Source: Chrysomallon squamiferum
Taxonomy: Eukaryota; Animalia; Mollusca
Direction: 5' to 3'
NCBI GenBank assembly: GCA_012295275.1
Contig: CM022676.1
Span: 9,052,001 to 9,116,000 of the forward strand
DNA: 64,000 nucleotides
This document shows, one piece after another, positions 1 to 38,644 of the stretch. The first letter of the stretch is position 1; each line of letters opens with the position of its first letter. The notes beneath the pieces were generated by a model. The model ran no database searches. It saw only the letters and a program-made list of their open reading frames with translations, and was not told the origin of the DNA. Made by a program: the position numbers and the translations under genes.

Positions 1-2329
1 GGAACAATGTGTGTAATGACTCTAATTAAGTGTTTATGCTGACAATTTCCTACTGACTAAATCTAACATCAAAATGCTGAAGAACAAGGGAAAAAAAAGG
101 ACATCCAAATGCTCAAGAACTGGAAAAAAAAATGAAAAAACAAAAAAAGAATTTTTTTTCCTTTAACCAGTTTGCACCTGTGACTTTTACAATATGCATC
201 ATGAAGAGATTCTGTTGTTATTTATATGTATATTTTTAAATTAAATTCTGCATGAATGTATAACCATACCCATATCAGAAGTGATTGAACCTTAATAACT
301 ACCTACCAGAGTATTTTTATGTCAATATAACATCCAGATGTTTACAAAACTTGCACCTTTTAACATTCATCAAGCATGATTATATTTTTTTTTATTTCTG
401 TAACAGTACTGATTAAATTATTTGAAAATTTTTAAAATTTTGGTTTATCTGCATAGGTAGAACTTTTTAGCCATAAACACCTTAAACAACAAAAAAACCA
501 AAAAAAATAACAAAAAAAACACAAAAAAACATAACAAAAAAAAACAACATTATCTTCTTTTAAATTTCTAATTTTAGAAAGATTGCAAATCCAGAGTGAA
601 AAGGAAAAAGGAACAAATAAAATATGAATTAAAAAATAATAATAATAATCAAGAGAAGTTCTTTTTTTAATTTGCAGTTTTAAAAAGATCACGAATCCAC
701 ATTGGAAAAGCATAAGTAACAACACGATTGTTAAAAAATAATAATAAAAACAAAAATAAAAACAAAATAAATATTAAATCAAAAATTAAGATTATAAAGA
801 ATTGCTACTTGATATGACTAAGAGAACACAAGCTGGATGTTTAAGCAAGTCGAAAAAAAAATTAATTAATAATAATCATTATCTTCATCACATGAACTTG
901 CATGGAATGTAAGTGGGAAAGTAAAAAAAAAAAAAAAAAATGAAATTCTAATCATTATATATGTACACTTATTTTAACAAACTATAGAACTGATAATATT
1001 TCAGGCCGTTAGTAAATTAATAGAAGTGAAAATGATCTACATTTAGGAAACTTTAATTTCGAACACTAACAAAAATTATTTTTAACTACTGTTTAGCAAA
1101 TTTGCAAGAAAAAATGTTTTGAAAAAAAAAATTTAGAATTGTTAAATTTTTTATTCTAGGGATTTTAAACAGTCTCACATTTTTCATAACTGGAAAAAAG
1201 CTTTACAATAAAACATGAAGACCACAAAAAAAAAAAAAATCAGAAAAAAAATCAGAATACTTTAAAAAGGAAAAAAGAACATTTAAAATTACTTTAAAAA
1301 TTATGAAAGGAAAAAGAAAAGGAAAACATTTAAAATTTTCTCAACATACACAAGTATTGCTGAACAACATTTGTTTTCTCTTTATCCTGTTTTTTTTTTT
1401 TTTTTTTCGTCTTTTTCTGTATTTTTTTTCTGCATTTTTTTTTTTTAACTTTTTTTTTTCAGATACACATATCTCATCTCATACTAAAAGTGGAAAAAAT
1501 AGGTATCAAACTTACAGTGATAAAAAAATCATCATCATTTTCTAAAACAAAATGCAATTATTCACAAACGGGGAAAAAAAAAAAAAAAAAAGAAAGTAAA
1601 TATGTATATATCAACAATTCTGGGTAATACTAGTAGACTACTCTTCATGTCTACTTATTTTATTACTTATCTGTCTATAATCTATGTTATCTGGATTACA
1701 CAAAACTCCCTAAACACAAAAATAAGAAGAAAAATAAAATACAACAAAAAATCCCACAATGCCAGTACATCTTCAATCTCAATGAACAAACACATTTCCG
1801 CACATAACTAACTTGCATACAGTCATACGTACATACACATGTAAAACAAAAACAAAAAAATAATAATGTAAAATGAAAAAAAGGATCAGACATTTTTTAA
1901 AATTATTTTGTTGTTGTTGTTATTACTGCAAGCCGAATTTCAACGACTTTGAGAAGAAGATGGCAAAAATGTTTTAGGTTTTTTGTTTTTTTCAGTTTGG
2001 TTGGAAACTCGGACAATGTGCGTGTATCAAACAAAATATACAGCAAAAGAAAACACAAAAAAAAATATTTTTAAAATTATAAAAACATCTACAATACTTT
2101 TCTCAATATCTACTTTAAAATATCTTCCGTATCATCACTAAATATATATATATAAAAAAAAAAATCAATAATTATAATAAATATTTAAAAAAAATTAAAA
2201 AAAAAATTTAAAAATTAAAAATCTGTTATCGGCAAAAATTGCATTTCTTACGGTGAGCCCAGTCCAAATAAAAATTGTGGAAACACAAAAGTTGTCGTAA
2301 AAATGAACAGTTTACAAACAGGTTTTTGT

Positions 2330-25083
<22,754 letters not shown>

Positions 25084-25089
<6 letters not shown>

Positions 25090-25200
25090 CTTCGAATGGG
25101 CGGTGCTAATATCGCTGTGACGTAAAAGTGAAGTCCCGAGCCGTCAGTCAACTGACGTCAGCTGGGAAAATTCCTGGATTGCGAAATCGCACTGCACCGT
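25084..25200 (-). promoter_or_regulatory. Proximal promoter / 5' end of the exon 1a transcript
   Basis: YY1-type CGCCATCTT over the ATG (25084-25092), GC box GGGCGG 25098-25103, TGACGTAA 25118-25125, full CRE TGACGTCA 25153-25160. CpG-rich. Confidence 0.6.
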
Positions 25201-25878
25201 AAATTATTCCAAATTGCAAATTAATATTCCAAAACTAATGTGAAATATGCTCCAGCTACAGGCGTTGTGAGTGCTGCAGAGTACAAACCAAAACAAATGC
25301 AAAATCCGTGTATCAGATCCACAGCAAGTATCGGCTAATAAAATTATCACGAGACTGTCACATGATCCATGGAGATATTTGACTTTGCGGCGGAAAAGGT
25401 AAATCCTGTATAATGGCCAAATGCCTCCAATGGATCACTGCTGAACGGGTAATATCGGAACGTGTTAATGTGTTTTATACCCAGGAGGCGTTGCCACCTG
25501 TCGCTTTCGCTTTGATTGACAACAGTTCAGCTGTGGGGCTGCGTTTTAGGTCATGCGTAACGAAAACGAACTGCATTGTACTGCATTTTTTCACTTCGGC
25601 CATACATTCAAATATTTTAATTACTTTTTTGCGCTATGAATACTACTAATTCTCGAATTCTAAGTCCGATGTGGTCTGGTAGTTAACTACATAAGCGAGT
25701 ATATGTCTCCTAAATAATTTAAACCGATTCAAGTAATACCTTGTTTATACACGTATGTTAATGAGGGTATTATGAAAACGGGTAGTTACATAATGGCTGC
25801 CTTGTTTATTGTAATCGTACGGCGAGGTAACAATTCCTTTTAACGAAACAATTAACATCACATTTTTCTGATTGTCCA

Positions 25879-25947
<69 letters not shown>

Positions 25948-26337
25948 ATACCAAAACATGCATACACACAAACTTTCATAGGCCAACATATATCATTCAT
26001 TAATTCATCCATACAAAATCCATTAATACATTAATCACGCTTACGTACACACATACACGCATTTACATTCATACATACGAAAGGGAAAAACATCTGATAA
26101 ATACATAACCATATTTTTAGTGATCATTCAAAAATGGATCTCATTTCAAGTACGATTTTCTGTACCCGTTCCTCAAATGCTATACTTTGTATGTTTATCA
26201 ACGTTACTGCACTATCATCCGTCATTTGCCACATATTAACTGTCCATGCTATTACCATTATGAGGTTTGAATACATTTTACAGCAACAACAACAATAACA
26301 ATAATAAATAAATAAATAAATGGTGATGAAGATGACA

Positions 26338-26378
<41 letters not shown>

Positions 26379-26673
26379 TCATTAAAAATTCATTAAATAA
26401 ATAAATAATAAATAAAATTTTGAAATCAAGAACATGATAAATACTAATTAATAGTTAAATTTTATATTAGTCAATTGACCCGTGAACTGTAGCCGAACTC
26501 CCTTACCCCCATCTCTTACACACTTTTAATACCTAACGCCCGAAGGGCACTCCATTCAAAGCTTATTCTATAGTTAGCCCCTTAAAAGGATATTTACGTA
26601 TTAACAGTGCTCTATTGGGGTGGGGGTAATCATATAATCAAGATTAAGAATAATAATAAGAAATAAAATAAAA

Positions 26674-26705
<32 letters not shown>

Positions 26706-27618
26706 ATAATAATAATAATAACAATAAAAACTCCATTCCAACGTATACATATATATATTTTTAATTATGTAATTTATTTATTTATTTATTTTAGTTTGTT
26801 TATTTTATTTATTTATTTTTATATATATTTTTTTAATTTATGTTATAATGACGAATGCTATTTTTACATTCGGTTTTGTTACCGGTTGACACATTAGTCA
26901 TAAGTAGCAGATTCACGGCAGACGACATTTTGTTTCGAGGGGGAAAAAAAACACAAAAAATAAAACGATCCGGGAAGGAGAGAAAAAAAAATGTATTTGC
27001 TTCTAGTAATAATATATTTATACATATTATTTAAACAAAGCAACACGTTATCAAATTGTATATTTATTATCTTTTGTAAATATTTTATTTAAGTCTTTAT
27101 TTGTTTATAATGTCTCAAATACAATCAAAGAAAAAGAAAATGATGACGACAGTGTCACGTGACCTATGACTTCTGACCCGAAATTAAGCAGACGATTACG
27201 CTGCACAGTAATATCCAGATTTAGACAACCAATTATATTTAATTATTTTTTTGTTTTATTTATTTTGTTTTTTTCCAGTTTTATTTGGACAAAAATATTA
27301 ACATTATTCAAATTTTTTCTTCAAAATACTCGTAATAATTTAATAAATAATAATATTGTTCTTTTTTAATTTTTAATTTTAGAATTTTTTATTGTTGTTG
27401 TTTATTTTTTTATTTTGTTTAATGTTTTAATTTTTTTTTTTTAAGAAAAAAATGAAAGATAAATAATTTATGAAAACACATATTTATATTTTAAATAATT
27501 ATTTGGATATATATTGATAAAAGCTGAAAGAATTTTAAAATTAATTATTATTAAAAAAAAAAAAAAAAATATTTTTTTTTTTATTTTTTTTCCTGAGATC
27601 ATTCTCAGAAAAGCTTAC

Positions 27619-27648
27619 CTCCTCAGCCTCAAGTAGTTCAGTTTTCAT
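27619..27648 (-). CDS. ATP1A: Candidate alternative first coding exon 1b (MKTELLEAEE)
   Basis: ATG AAA ACT GAA CTA CTT GAG GCT GAG GAG|GTAAGC. 30 nt, phase 0, strong donor, coding-like island in very AT-rich flanks. Confidence 0.55.
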
Positions 27649-28555
27649 TTCATTGCTCCAAGTTTATCGCGATTTCACTTGTTAAAAATATATAATTAAA
27701 AATGTATATTATTAAAGATATGAACGTACATAGATAAAGAGCTGAAATATGAGACAGAATATTAGTTTGTTACACGTTTAAATATGACTTACACCACGAT
27801 CCATAGGAGATGGTCTGATTTTCACATCTTTTTTATGTTTACCCATATTACTATCATGACAGTAATCTCGGTACCAGCGTGAATTCTCGAGATTACAACA
27901 TAATGATAGAAAAGGTTGATAATTTACATTTATTTGTTTACAATATTTATTTTAATGTAATTTATTTAATTAATTTTCGAAAATAGATAATCTTTACAAG
28001 GTATCTGACATACTTTAGAACTAAAAACAATTTTAAAAAGTTGATATTTTTTCTGTAATTTACCTTAAATTTCTTGAAGAAAAACATCGGATTCCCACGA
28101 ATGTAAACGACATGCTCTTCCGGTACGAAATTGTACGATCTGGACCGAATGTCTCCAGAAATTGAGTAGACTGTGAAATGTCAGGTTCAAATATCAGTAC
28201 ATTTATTACATTTTAGATGGATATAAAAACCTATGTACAAATTTCTTTCTTTCTTATGCCTTGATTAATTGATTGTTTATTTATTTATTTATTATAGCTA
28301 TGTAAAATAAAATATACAGTGTAATATTTAATTGCATATCTTTGCCAATAAAAACAATAAATAAATGAATAATAAAATAAATAAATTAATTAATTAATTA
28401 AAATATCCCCCCCCAAAAAAAAAAGCGTACCGAAACTTAAGAAGAAAAACCAATTTTTTTATCTATTCATTTCAGAATTTGTATTAAAAATTTTGACTAT
28501 TTTTAAAATGCATGTACTTGATTTAAAAAAACATAAAAAAATGTTTTTATTATTA

Positions 28556-28621
<66 letters not shown>

Positions 28622-28904
28622 CGTTTTAAATTCAGTGAGAGCAAAAGTTATAGGTATGAAAATTAGAGACATTAAGACAAACCTCGCTTGACATCTCTAA
28701 ACATTCTATTAACATTTAATTAACCGTTCAACCTGGGCTTGAACTTTGCAACCCAGTCTGGGACAATAGCATATTTACAAGTTTATCAAGGAAATTCATG
28801 TCAATGAAGAGATAGAAAAGAGAGAGAGAGAAAATTTTAGATGTATCGGTATAAAATGTCAGACAAGGTATATCCATAGAAAGGATCCCTAAGCTACGAC
28901 AATC

Positions 28905-29410
28905 TGATGAGGCCCTCTTTGGTAAACGTAAATTAACTGAAATTATCAGAGGCCTTTTCGGACTGACTGTAAGGCGTAAGTTACATTACGTTTATGAGGC
29001 CCTGTTTGGTAAATGTTGACAATGGATATCATAAATTAAATTAAATTGTTCGAGGCTTTTTCCGACAGTAAGGCCTATGTTACGTTAAGTTTAGGAGGCC
29101 CTCTTTGACAAATGTCGACAGTGAATAAACATAAATTAACTCAGATTATTTGCGTCTTTTCGGATTTTAAGCCCTGTATTACGTTAATGTCGTCGACTTG
29201 ATCGTCACTTTTTTGGTAAATGTCGACTTCAGCCTCAATTACGTTAACCTTTTCAGGTCCTCTTCAGTAAATTCAGCTGTGGATAAACATAAATTAACTG
29301 CAGTTATTTGAGGCCTTTTCAGATTTTACAGCATAAGTTGTTGAAAATGTCGAAACTGTATGTAATAAGTTAACTGAAATTATTTCAGGCCCCTTCTAAT
29401 TGTCAGGCCC
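28905..29410. repeat. Degenerate tandem repeat (about 4-5 units of 80-110 bp)
   Basis: gaggccctctttggtaaa and cataaattaactga...gaggccttttc recur. Confidence 0.7.
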
Positions 29411-29871
29411 CAGACTATAAAACAGAAACCACTGTGGCCATCTTTAGTGTATATTTATTATTCAGATTCTTAATTTTCACCATAACCACTGTCATTATAC
29501 TGCAAACTGAAAATCGGCAACAAAAGATATTTCTAGAACTTCAGAATCTGAAGCTATAAAGGACTTTAAAATGACCCTTGTTATTTTGTGACAGTCTTAT
29601 TTTACTCTAATGCGCTGTTACTCGCCTCAGAACAGTGAAATACAAATTTGAAAGTATAAATCATTTTTAATAGGCCATTTTTTTTGTATCGCCACTTCTA
29701 GAAATATATGGCTGTCTAGGTGTATTTTCTAATAACGAGCTATAGTCTATTTCTTTTTGATAAATACTGACAAGGACTTCATAGACGTGTGGAAAATTCA
29801 ACAAATTCTTTTACGCCGTTTTAGAAACACTTACAGTTATTTCGAATACAATCTAAGAACGATTAAGGATC

Positions 29872-29910
<39 letters not shown>

Positions 29911-31111
29911 CATTCTCTATTCTTTCTTTCCCGCCACAACCAGTCTCGATCGTCATTAACTCCAGACAAGTGCAGACGCGTCACGAGACGAATTCTTCTT
30001 ATTTGCATCCCGCCACAACAAAATGAGAGCCTGCCTACGTCACCGCCGCGTAGCGAATGCAAGCCAAACTGGTCAAATATCGATATCAGACGAAACACGA
30101 CTTTCCAGTTTCCAAAAACCAGCACCGCGGTTGTCATTCATCCACTTATGGAATTATGAACTGATTTCGGAGATCAAATTCACGCTTGGTACTGTAATAA
30201 ATAAAGCTTGCCCACACACGCACACTGGACGTTCTCGGCTTTTGCAAGGAAAATCCATTTTATTAAAGGCAGAAAATGAAGTGATCGGACGGGCAGTCAA
30301 TCACTCCGATTCCAATAAGTCAGATGATATGGTTCGCTGGGTCACCATTTTATATACAGATGTATGAACCGACAGGCTCCATTGTAGTTGTAAATGTCAA
30401 GGTCATGTCAGCCTTTTTTTTTTTTTTTTTTTTTTCAAAGAGGGAGAAAATATGTAATGATGATGATGGTAACAATAGCAACATAGTATCAACATCTGCA
30501 GCAGGAACAACAACAACAAAAGTAGTTTTAGTACCAATAATAGCTGTAGCAATACTACTAATAACAGTAATACAGGTAATAATAATAGTTGTATAGTTAG
30601 TAGTAAAGTGTAAGTAATAGTTTTAGTAGAAATAGTAACATTAGTGATAGTAGTAGTAGCAGTAGTAGTATTAGCAAAAATAATATTAATAAGCAAGGAT
30701 AACTCATTTAACGGAAATGATTCTTTGGATCTTGTCTACTGATTATATATTTCGATGGCAGAAAATAATTATAATGCGTGTAACTTCAGTATGTATATAG
30801 ATAGATAAATACATATATAAACACACTCACACACACACACACGTCATATATTACTTTTCTTATAGGACATTTAATACGTCTGTGCATGGAAAGCAAATCC
30901 CTTTTATATCCAAACAAGAGAGAATTAACGGTTACCATGGCAACATATCACTGGTCAATAATAATTATACCAGTAATCACTCGTATATATTTGAATGCGA
31001 TATGGATTATCTCGTTAATACGCAGTTACAGTTGCATGCCGTACGTATTTCATTTTGTGTCCTACGACTCTGGTCAGCATAATAATCGATTTGTTTATCT
31101 GCCAGTTGCAT

Positions 31112-31175
<64 letters not shown>

Positions 31176-32944
31176 CCCTTTTTGGTAAACGATTATTGGA
31201 CAATCATATGTGTGTGTGTCTGTGTGTCTGTGTGTCTGTGTGTGCATATATACTACTACTCTATTATTACCAATATTACTCCATCTGTATTCTAATATTC
31301 TATATTCTTACTGTGTACGAAAGCTATTATTACTACTAGTAGTAGCACTAGTATTTCAACGACTGTAATTGCTAGTACTACAATTACCACTACTACTACT
31401 ACTACTGCTACTGCTATAATTACTAATACAAATATTGTTATTAAATTGGATACTACTACTATTGTTACTATTACTACTACTGCTTCTACTACTACAATTT
31501 AAATCGATCAATTACTTATTCAAAATACTGTTTTATCCATTGAAATTTAGGCACAACTGTCATGTACAGGCTGAAAGCCTGTGTTGTTACAATGTTAGAA
31601 CCACAACTACTACTACCACTACAACTACTACTACTACTACAACTGCAGGTGCTCATAATATTACTACAACTGCTGTTGCTGCTGCTGCTGCTGCTACTGC
31701 TACCATCAAAACTACAAGTACTACTAATGTTATTATTGTTGCTACTACTATTACTACTATTACTACTACTATTACTACTACTACTACTATTGCAACTACT
31801 ACAAGCGGCTATGACTACTAGTACAACCATTACTAGTGACAACCACTGCATGTACCATTACTACTGCTACTACTATTACTACTACTGTTGCAATTATTAC
31901 TACTATTACTACTACTGTTCAGTTACTACTACTATTACTACTACTACTACTATTGCAACTACTTCTACTACCTCTACCACTACTACTTTTACTACTACTA
32001 CAACTACTACTACTACCACCACAACGCTTACCACCACCACCACTACCACCACCACTACAACTATAAGAATAATATCATTCTCGGTAACAGTGATATTTCC
32101 GTTCAGTTTCCCTATCTCACAACCTGAGAACCGTTTGTGTTTGTCCTAGCCACACACTTCTCGTTTCTGCAGAACGACAGTGAACGAAAACAAGTCGAAG
32201 AATCTCTCGACAAACCCGAACGAAAGAGCAAAGAAGCTGCCGACAGTCTGTAAATCTCAATCAATGGCCTTCGAAATGACCGGAAACGAAATGACATTTT
32301 AGTGTGATCCGCGTTGAGCCCTGAAGGCGATTTCCATCATTAGTTCTATAGGGTTGTTCCAGCCCTGTAATGTTTTTTTTTTTTGGTTTCGTGGATTATA
32401 TGTCTGTGGATCGATTCCCAGTTGTTGCCGTACATTTTTACAGCTATGAGTATATATGTCTGTCCGTCTGTGCGTGTGTGTGTGTGATCTTGCGTATTTA
32501 AGTTCTATATAGACATATTTATCTCTAAACGTACGTGTATATCTACGTATGTGCATGTGTATGCTATGTATATGTGTGTATGTGTGTATATATATGTGTG
32601 TGTGTGTGTGCGGGTGTGTAAGGATGTATTTATGCATGTAGACCACATATACACATACTAATTCTGCAGAGGTATCTACTACAAATGAACCATGTTAGCA
32701 TGTGACAGCTGAAGCAATATTAGCACTGGTTGTAGTAGCAGCAGTAGCTCGAATTTTAGTAGTCGTAGTAGTAGTAGTGGCAAAGTTTAAGCAGTAGCAA
32801 CTGCAATAGTAGTTGTTATGATGGTGTTAGTAGCAGTAGATACAGTACTATTAGTAGTAATAGCAGTAGCAGTAATAGTACTATTCGTAATGATAGTAGT
32901 AGCAGCAGCAGTAATAGTATTAGTAGATGTAGTAATAGCAATAG

Positions 32945-33091
32945 CAGTACTACATTATTATTAACAGCAGTTATAATAGTAGCAGCAACAGTAGTATTAA
33001 GTAGTAGTAGTAGTAGTAGTAAGTTGTAGTACAACTAGCAGTAGCATTATTACATTATTATTAAAGGCAGTTATAACAGTAACAACAGCAG

Positions 33092-33138
<47 letters not shown>

Positions 33139-34112
33139 CATTATTATTAACAGAAGTTACAATAGTAACAGCAGCATCAGTAGTTGTAGTAGCAGTAGTA
33201 GTAGTAGTAGTAGTAGCAGTACTACATTATTATTAACGGCAGTTATAATAGTAACATGTTCAGCAGTAGTTGTAGTTGTAGTAATAGTACCAGTAGTAAT
33301 AGTAGTAGCAGTACTACAATTATTATTAACGGCAGTTATAATAGTTGCAAGTTCAGCAGTAGTTGTAGTAGTAGTAGTAGTACCAGTAGTAATAGTAGTA
33401 GCAGTACTGCATTATTATTAACGGCAGTTATAATAGTTGCAGGTTCAGCAGTAGTTGTAGTAGTAGTAGTAGTACCAGTAGTAACAGTAGTAGCAGTACT
33501 ACATTATTATTAACGGCAATTATAATAGGAACAGGTTCAGCAGTAGTTGTAGTAGTAGTAATAGTACCAGTAGTAATAGTAGTAGCAGTACTGCATTATT
33601 ATTAACGGCAATTATAATAGTAGCAGGTTCAGCAGTAGTTGTTGTAGTAGTACCAGTAGTAATAGTAGTAGCAGTACTACATTATTATTAACGGCAATTA
33701 TAATAGGAACAGGTTCAGCAGTAGTTGTAGTAGTAGTAATAGTACCAGTAGTAATAGTAGTAGCAGTACTACATTATTATTAACGGCAGTTATAATAGGA
33801 ACAGGTTCAGCAGTAGTTGTAGTAGTAGTACCATTAGTAATAGTAGTAGCAGTACTACATTATTATTAACGGCAGTTATAATAGTTGCAAGTTCAGCAGT
33901 AGTTGTAGTTGTAGTAGTAGTACCAGTAGTAATAGTAGTAGCAGTACTACATTATTATTAACGGCAGATATAATAGGAACAGGTTCAGCAGTAGTTGTAG
34001 TAGTAGTACCAGTAGTAATAGTAGTAGCAGTACAACATTATAGTAGTAATAGTAGTAGCAGTACTACATTATTATTAACGGCAGTTATAATAGTTGCAAG
34101 TTCAGCAGTAGT
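32945..34112. repeat. ~90 bp minisatellite, about 10 good plus about 3 degenerate copies
   Basis: Unit acattattattaacggcagttataatag...gttcagcagtagttgtagtagtagtaccagtagtaatagtagtagcagtact. Confidence 0.93.
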
Positions 34113-34618
34113 AGCAATCACAGAACAGAAAGAAACAAATAAAAATCTCCACCGAGAATCGATCCCGCTAAACTAAATCTCTATTCGTAATCACACACGA
34201 AGTCAGGCAATAGAATGCTCTTGGCTGTACGAAATCGATGAATGTTAAACAGCCTCCAACCTGAGTTCAGGCACCGTACACCGGATCAATAGCCAATGCT
34301 TTTAGAACAAATAGTTCAGGCAGTACAGGCATGTAAACCGCCTTTCAGCAGTCGTGGTAATTGTTGTGGTAACCACAAGGCAGCGAGTTCGAATCGGATG
34401 CACGGGTTTTCCGACATCAGTAGGCCTAGAATGTTTGTTGGTGGCATGATTTTTTTCGGTCGTGAGGTTTGTTTTAGGGAAAAATGCAGTATGCTGATGA
34501 AGTGTGTTTTCTGTATATTAACACTGAAGACCGGGAGGTAGATTGTTCGAGTCGTGAAGCTGCGTGGATGTACTATTAATTGCATTATTGATATATTAAT
34601 GTGTGTATTGTCTGTTCT

Positions 34619-34710
<92 letters not shown>

Positions 34711-35858
34711 TGATCAAATGTTAGTTATTATTTTGAAATCAAGCTTTTAACGAAAACACAGCGAAAGAAATTATTTTATCTGACAAACTGAACCGAGTTT
34801 TTAACAATTGGCACAAAAAAAAATCCATAGAAAAATAAATCTTCTATAAGACTCTTATTCCATGCTGCCATTGGCAACGAGATAGACTAAAATCCGACGG
34901 TCTACATCTCTTGAAAAGTAGTTCCGGTAAAGTCGTCAAGGAAAAGCTTACATCGTGTGCCTCGGTTTTGTTTCGGAATTTACAAAACACTGATTATGAA
35001 AAGAAAAACGAAAAGAGTGAAATTGATTTTTGTCTGCTCGTTAGCTGTTTCTGTCTGCATCTTGTTTATTTTGGCTTATCACTACATAGTTAATACGATA
35101 ATGCAACGTTTGGCAAAAAGAAAATTAAAAACAAAACCGGCGATGGGTCGCGTTCGAGCGGATACAGATCAGTAACCGATGCAGTGTTCCAAACGGAGCG
35201 GAAATGAGCAGAATTGTAACATTCGAGAACACTTTGGCGTAGCTATTTTTTAGGTTTTTTCTCTTCTTTTTTTATCAGAGTATTTTATGGTTTCAAATAG
35301 AGAATCTAATAGTTTTAGGAATTACTACAGAAATCAATTGTGTGTATAGGAATATATGATTACTGAATTAATGTGGCTATGGAATTAAAAAAAAAAAAAA
35401 AATACAATGTTAAATAAATAAATAATAATAAAAAATTTTTTAAATTAAATTAAATAAATACATAGACACACAGACAGACAGACAAACAGATAAATAGATG
35501 TGTGAAGGGTCTTATGTTCAAGACTTCTGATCACGCCATTTGGTCCATTTTCATGTCAACTTGGTACCTCTGGGAGGTGACTAACTGTTTATGGGAGGGT
35601 GTATATAAAATATCTATTGTTGCTCATCATATAGTAGATGGGAGTTTCTTCTCTCTTTTACAGTGTATTTGTTAACTATATTCATTTCAGTCATAGGATA
35701 TCATAATTAAATAATAAAAAAAAAAAAAAAAAAAAAAAAACTAGTGATTAAAATCGTGAGTTGCTAAATAAAAATTCGTTAGTGTCCTTTCTTCCTCAAA
35801 ATTAAATTTATGTCGTTTGCCAGGCTGTGGATTAAAAGCAGACTGAAATGTAATTCGC

Positions 35859-35904
<46 letters not shown>

Positions 35905-35978
35905 TGTACATAGCCTGATGATGATAATGACGATAGCAATAAAATACATGTGCCTATGCGTACGTACGTGTGTGTGCA

Positions 35979-36091
<113 letters not shown>

Positions 36092-36510
36092 GGTAGGTAG
36101 GTAGATAGATAGATAGATAGATGTAATGTGTACAGCCTTGAGGATGTAATATCTATTGATTTTCACCTTCAGCAATGTCCTTCGAGTTATAACACGATCA
36201 TGTCGGGTTAGGAAACATCAATGGAAATTGCTATAGACATTTTAATGCGTGCTGCTTTTCAGCGATAAAAAAAAAAAAAAAAAAAAAAAATCGAATAAAC
36301 TAATTTACTAGCACTTTAACAAATTGCCGTAAAAGACCGCCTAATATCCTGGACAACATTACAGAACGTTAAAAACGAAGAAGTCACGATTTTGAACTGA
36401 CGTTCCATGTGTGTGTTGTTAATCAATGCATAATTTTCTTTTGTATCTTTTCTTTCTTTCATTCTTTCTTTTTCTTTCTTTTTTTCTTCTTCTTCTTCTT
36501 CTTCTTCTTC

Positions 36511-36542
<32 letters not shown>

Positions 36543-36552
36543 TAATTTATTT

Positions 36553-36588
<36 letters not shown>

Positions 36589-37727
36589 AAAGTACGAAAA
36601 CATTTCGGAGACTGAAGATATCACAGGGTCGTTTACACCACTGAAAACGGGTCGCTTATATCACTGATAACTGGTCGCTTACACCACTTAAACATTTAAA
36701 CGAATTTATTTAATGCCTCAAAAATGCCGTATAAGTCTTTTCATTTATTTTTTATATTTTTATTTTTTTTTCATTTATTTATTTAGAAAAGTGACGCGAA
36801 TGTCAATTTGACCTATTTCGTATCAAGTAAACCGGGATGGTACTGTATACAGAGAAGTTTGAGTAAGACGAAAATTATTCAAAGCACAGAGAACTGTCGT
36901 CGCGGGTGAATGAAATTATGTGATAAACATTCGAGGGTGAACGACACTGGGAACAGTTTAACAAACAGTCGTTTAGATCGTAGATAAATGTCGCTTATGC
37001 CATAGATGACCCGATAAGAATTAAATATAAATAACTTTTAAAATGTTTTCCTTGTAGTTCTTTTTCTCCTTATTTATTTATTTATTTATTTATCTTACTT
37101 ACTTATTTATCTGCATATATATTTATTTATTTACTTACTTACTTATTTACTTATGTACTTACTCATTTGTTTATTTATTTATCTATTTATTTGTTTATTT
37201 ATTTATTTGTTTCTTATTTATTTAATTATTCACTTACTTACTTATTCACTTACTCACTCACTCAGTTATTTAATTATTTATTTATTTACTTTTTCACATC
37301 CGGTCCGGGCTTCTTTTTGTTCTACTTTCCTTGACACTGTTACGGTTGACCTGACTTTCGGGTTCCAGTAACCGTGTCACTGCGATACGCATCAGTGCGT
37401 TTGTTTTCTAAGCAGAAAAGAAAAAAAAAAAAAAAAAAAAAAAAAACCCAGATCATATATTACTTACTCCTATATTTATTTTTCCCTCAGGAAGCACCTG
37501 CATTTTTAGTGCATGAATAATAACGCGATTAGTAATAGGCGACTGACATTTATAAGATTATTTAGGTTGCACGTGCAGGTCACGTGCGTTTACCTTAACC
37601 GTTATCTGGTTTCCGTAATCAACCAAAAGATAACAGGTCCTTAAAAAAAAAAAAAAAAAAAAAAAATAACCATCATCTGTCATTTAGTTTAACATGTTAG
37701 GATGTCAGAGATTATCACAAGTCGATG

Positions 37728-38195
37728 GTTTTGTAAATACACTGATAACACAGCACAATGTTAACAGAGAGATATGGTCCCAGCACATAATAATAATAAA
37801 CAGAGAAACGGTTTTTGTAAATGCATTGATAATTAAGCTTTAAGTCTGCAGAAAGATATGGTCCCAGTACATAATAATAATAAACAGAAAAAAATGATTT
37901 TGTAAATGTGATAACATAGCTTTATATCTATAGAGAGATACAAACCCAGTACAAATAATAATAAACAGGAAAATTGTTTTGTAAATGCATTGAAAACAAA
38001 GCCTTAGGTCTTTAGAAGGATTTGGTCCCAATAAATTTAACAGTAAACAGAAAAAATTGTTTTTTTAAATACATTAATAACATAGAAAGATATGGTCCCA
38101 GTACATATGACAGTAAACAACCAAATGATTCTGTGCTGCATTGATAACATAGCTTTATGTCTGTAGAGAGATATAGACTCAGTACATATAATAAT
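37728..38195. repeat. Degenerate ~85 bp tandem repeat (5-6 units)
   Basis: ttttgtaaat...gatatggtcccag...taataataaacag recurs. Confidence 0.75.
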
Positions 38196-38429
38196 ACTTC
38201 CGTTACTTAACAGATTCCGTTACTTAAAATATTATAATCATAACCCAGGTTTGTCTCTGTATGTCTGTTTGTATCTAATTGTGGTGTTGATGTGTGTATA
38301 TGTGTGTGTGTGTGTCTGCGTACGTGTGAATATTTAGGAATGAATTTTATTTTATCTTATGTACGTCTGATTAGCCTATGCATGTAGACATGTATGCTAT
38401 ACGTGTGTATGTATATATATGTGTGTATG

Positions 38430-38497
<68 letters not shown>

Positions 38498-38644
38498 AAT
38501 ATACACATATGCATTTTTGTATAACACTCAGATTAACACACAAACGTACGCACGCTTTATTTGCACCATACATGCAAACTTTACAACATTTCCATTATGG
38601 TCATCCGATCCTCGAATCTTCCAACTTAACTCCACTGTATTAAT

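Noticed and set aside
1-2329. 3' UTR end / poly(A) signal
   Set aside because: Several AATAAA candidates occur in very AT-rich sequence and none can be singled out without transcript data.
36626-36690. Three 23-bp repeats (ggtcgcttacaccactg) and other regular repeats as CRISPR-like arrays
   Set aside because: Eukaryotic context, head-to-tail units without unique spacers and no cas genes.
37599-37637. Hairpin (gttatct...agataac) with faint miR-9-like TCTTTTGGTT on the minus strand
   Set aside because: The stem is too short and bulged for a pre-miRNA and the mature sequence does not match.
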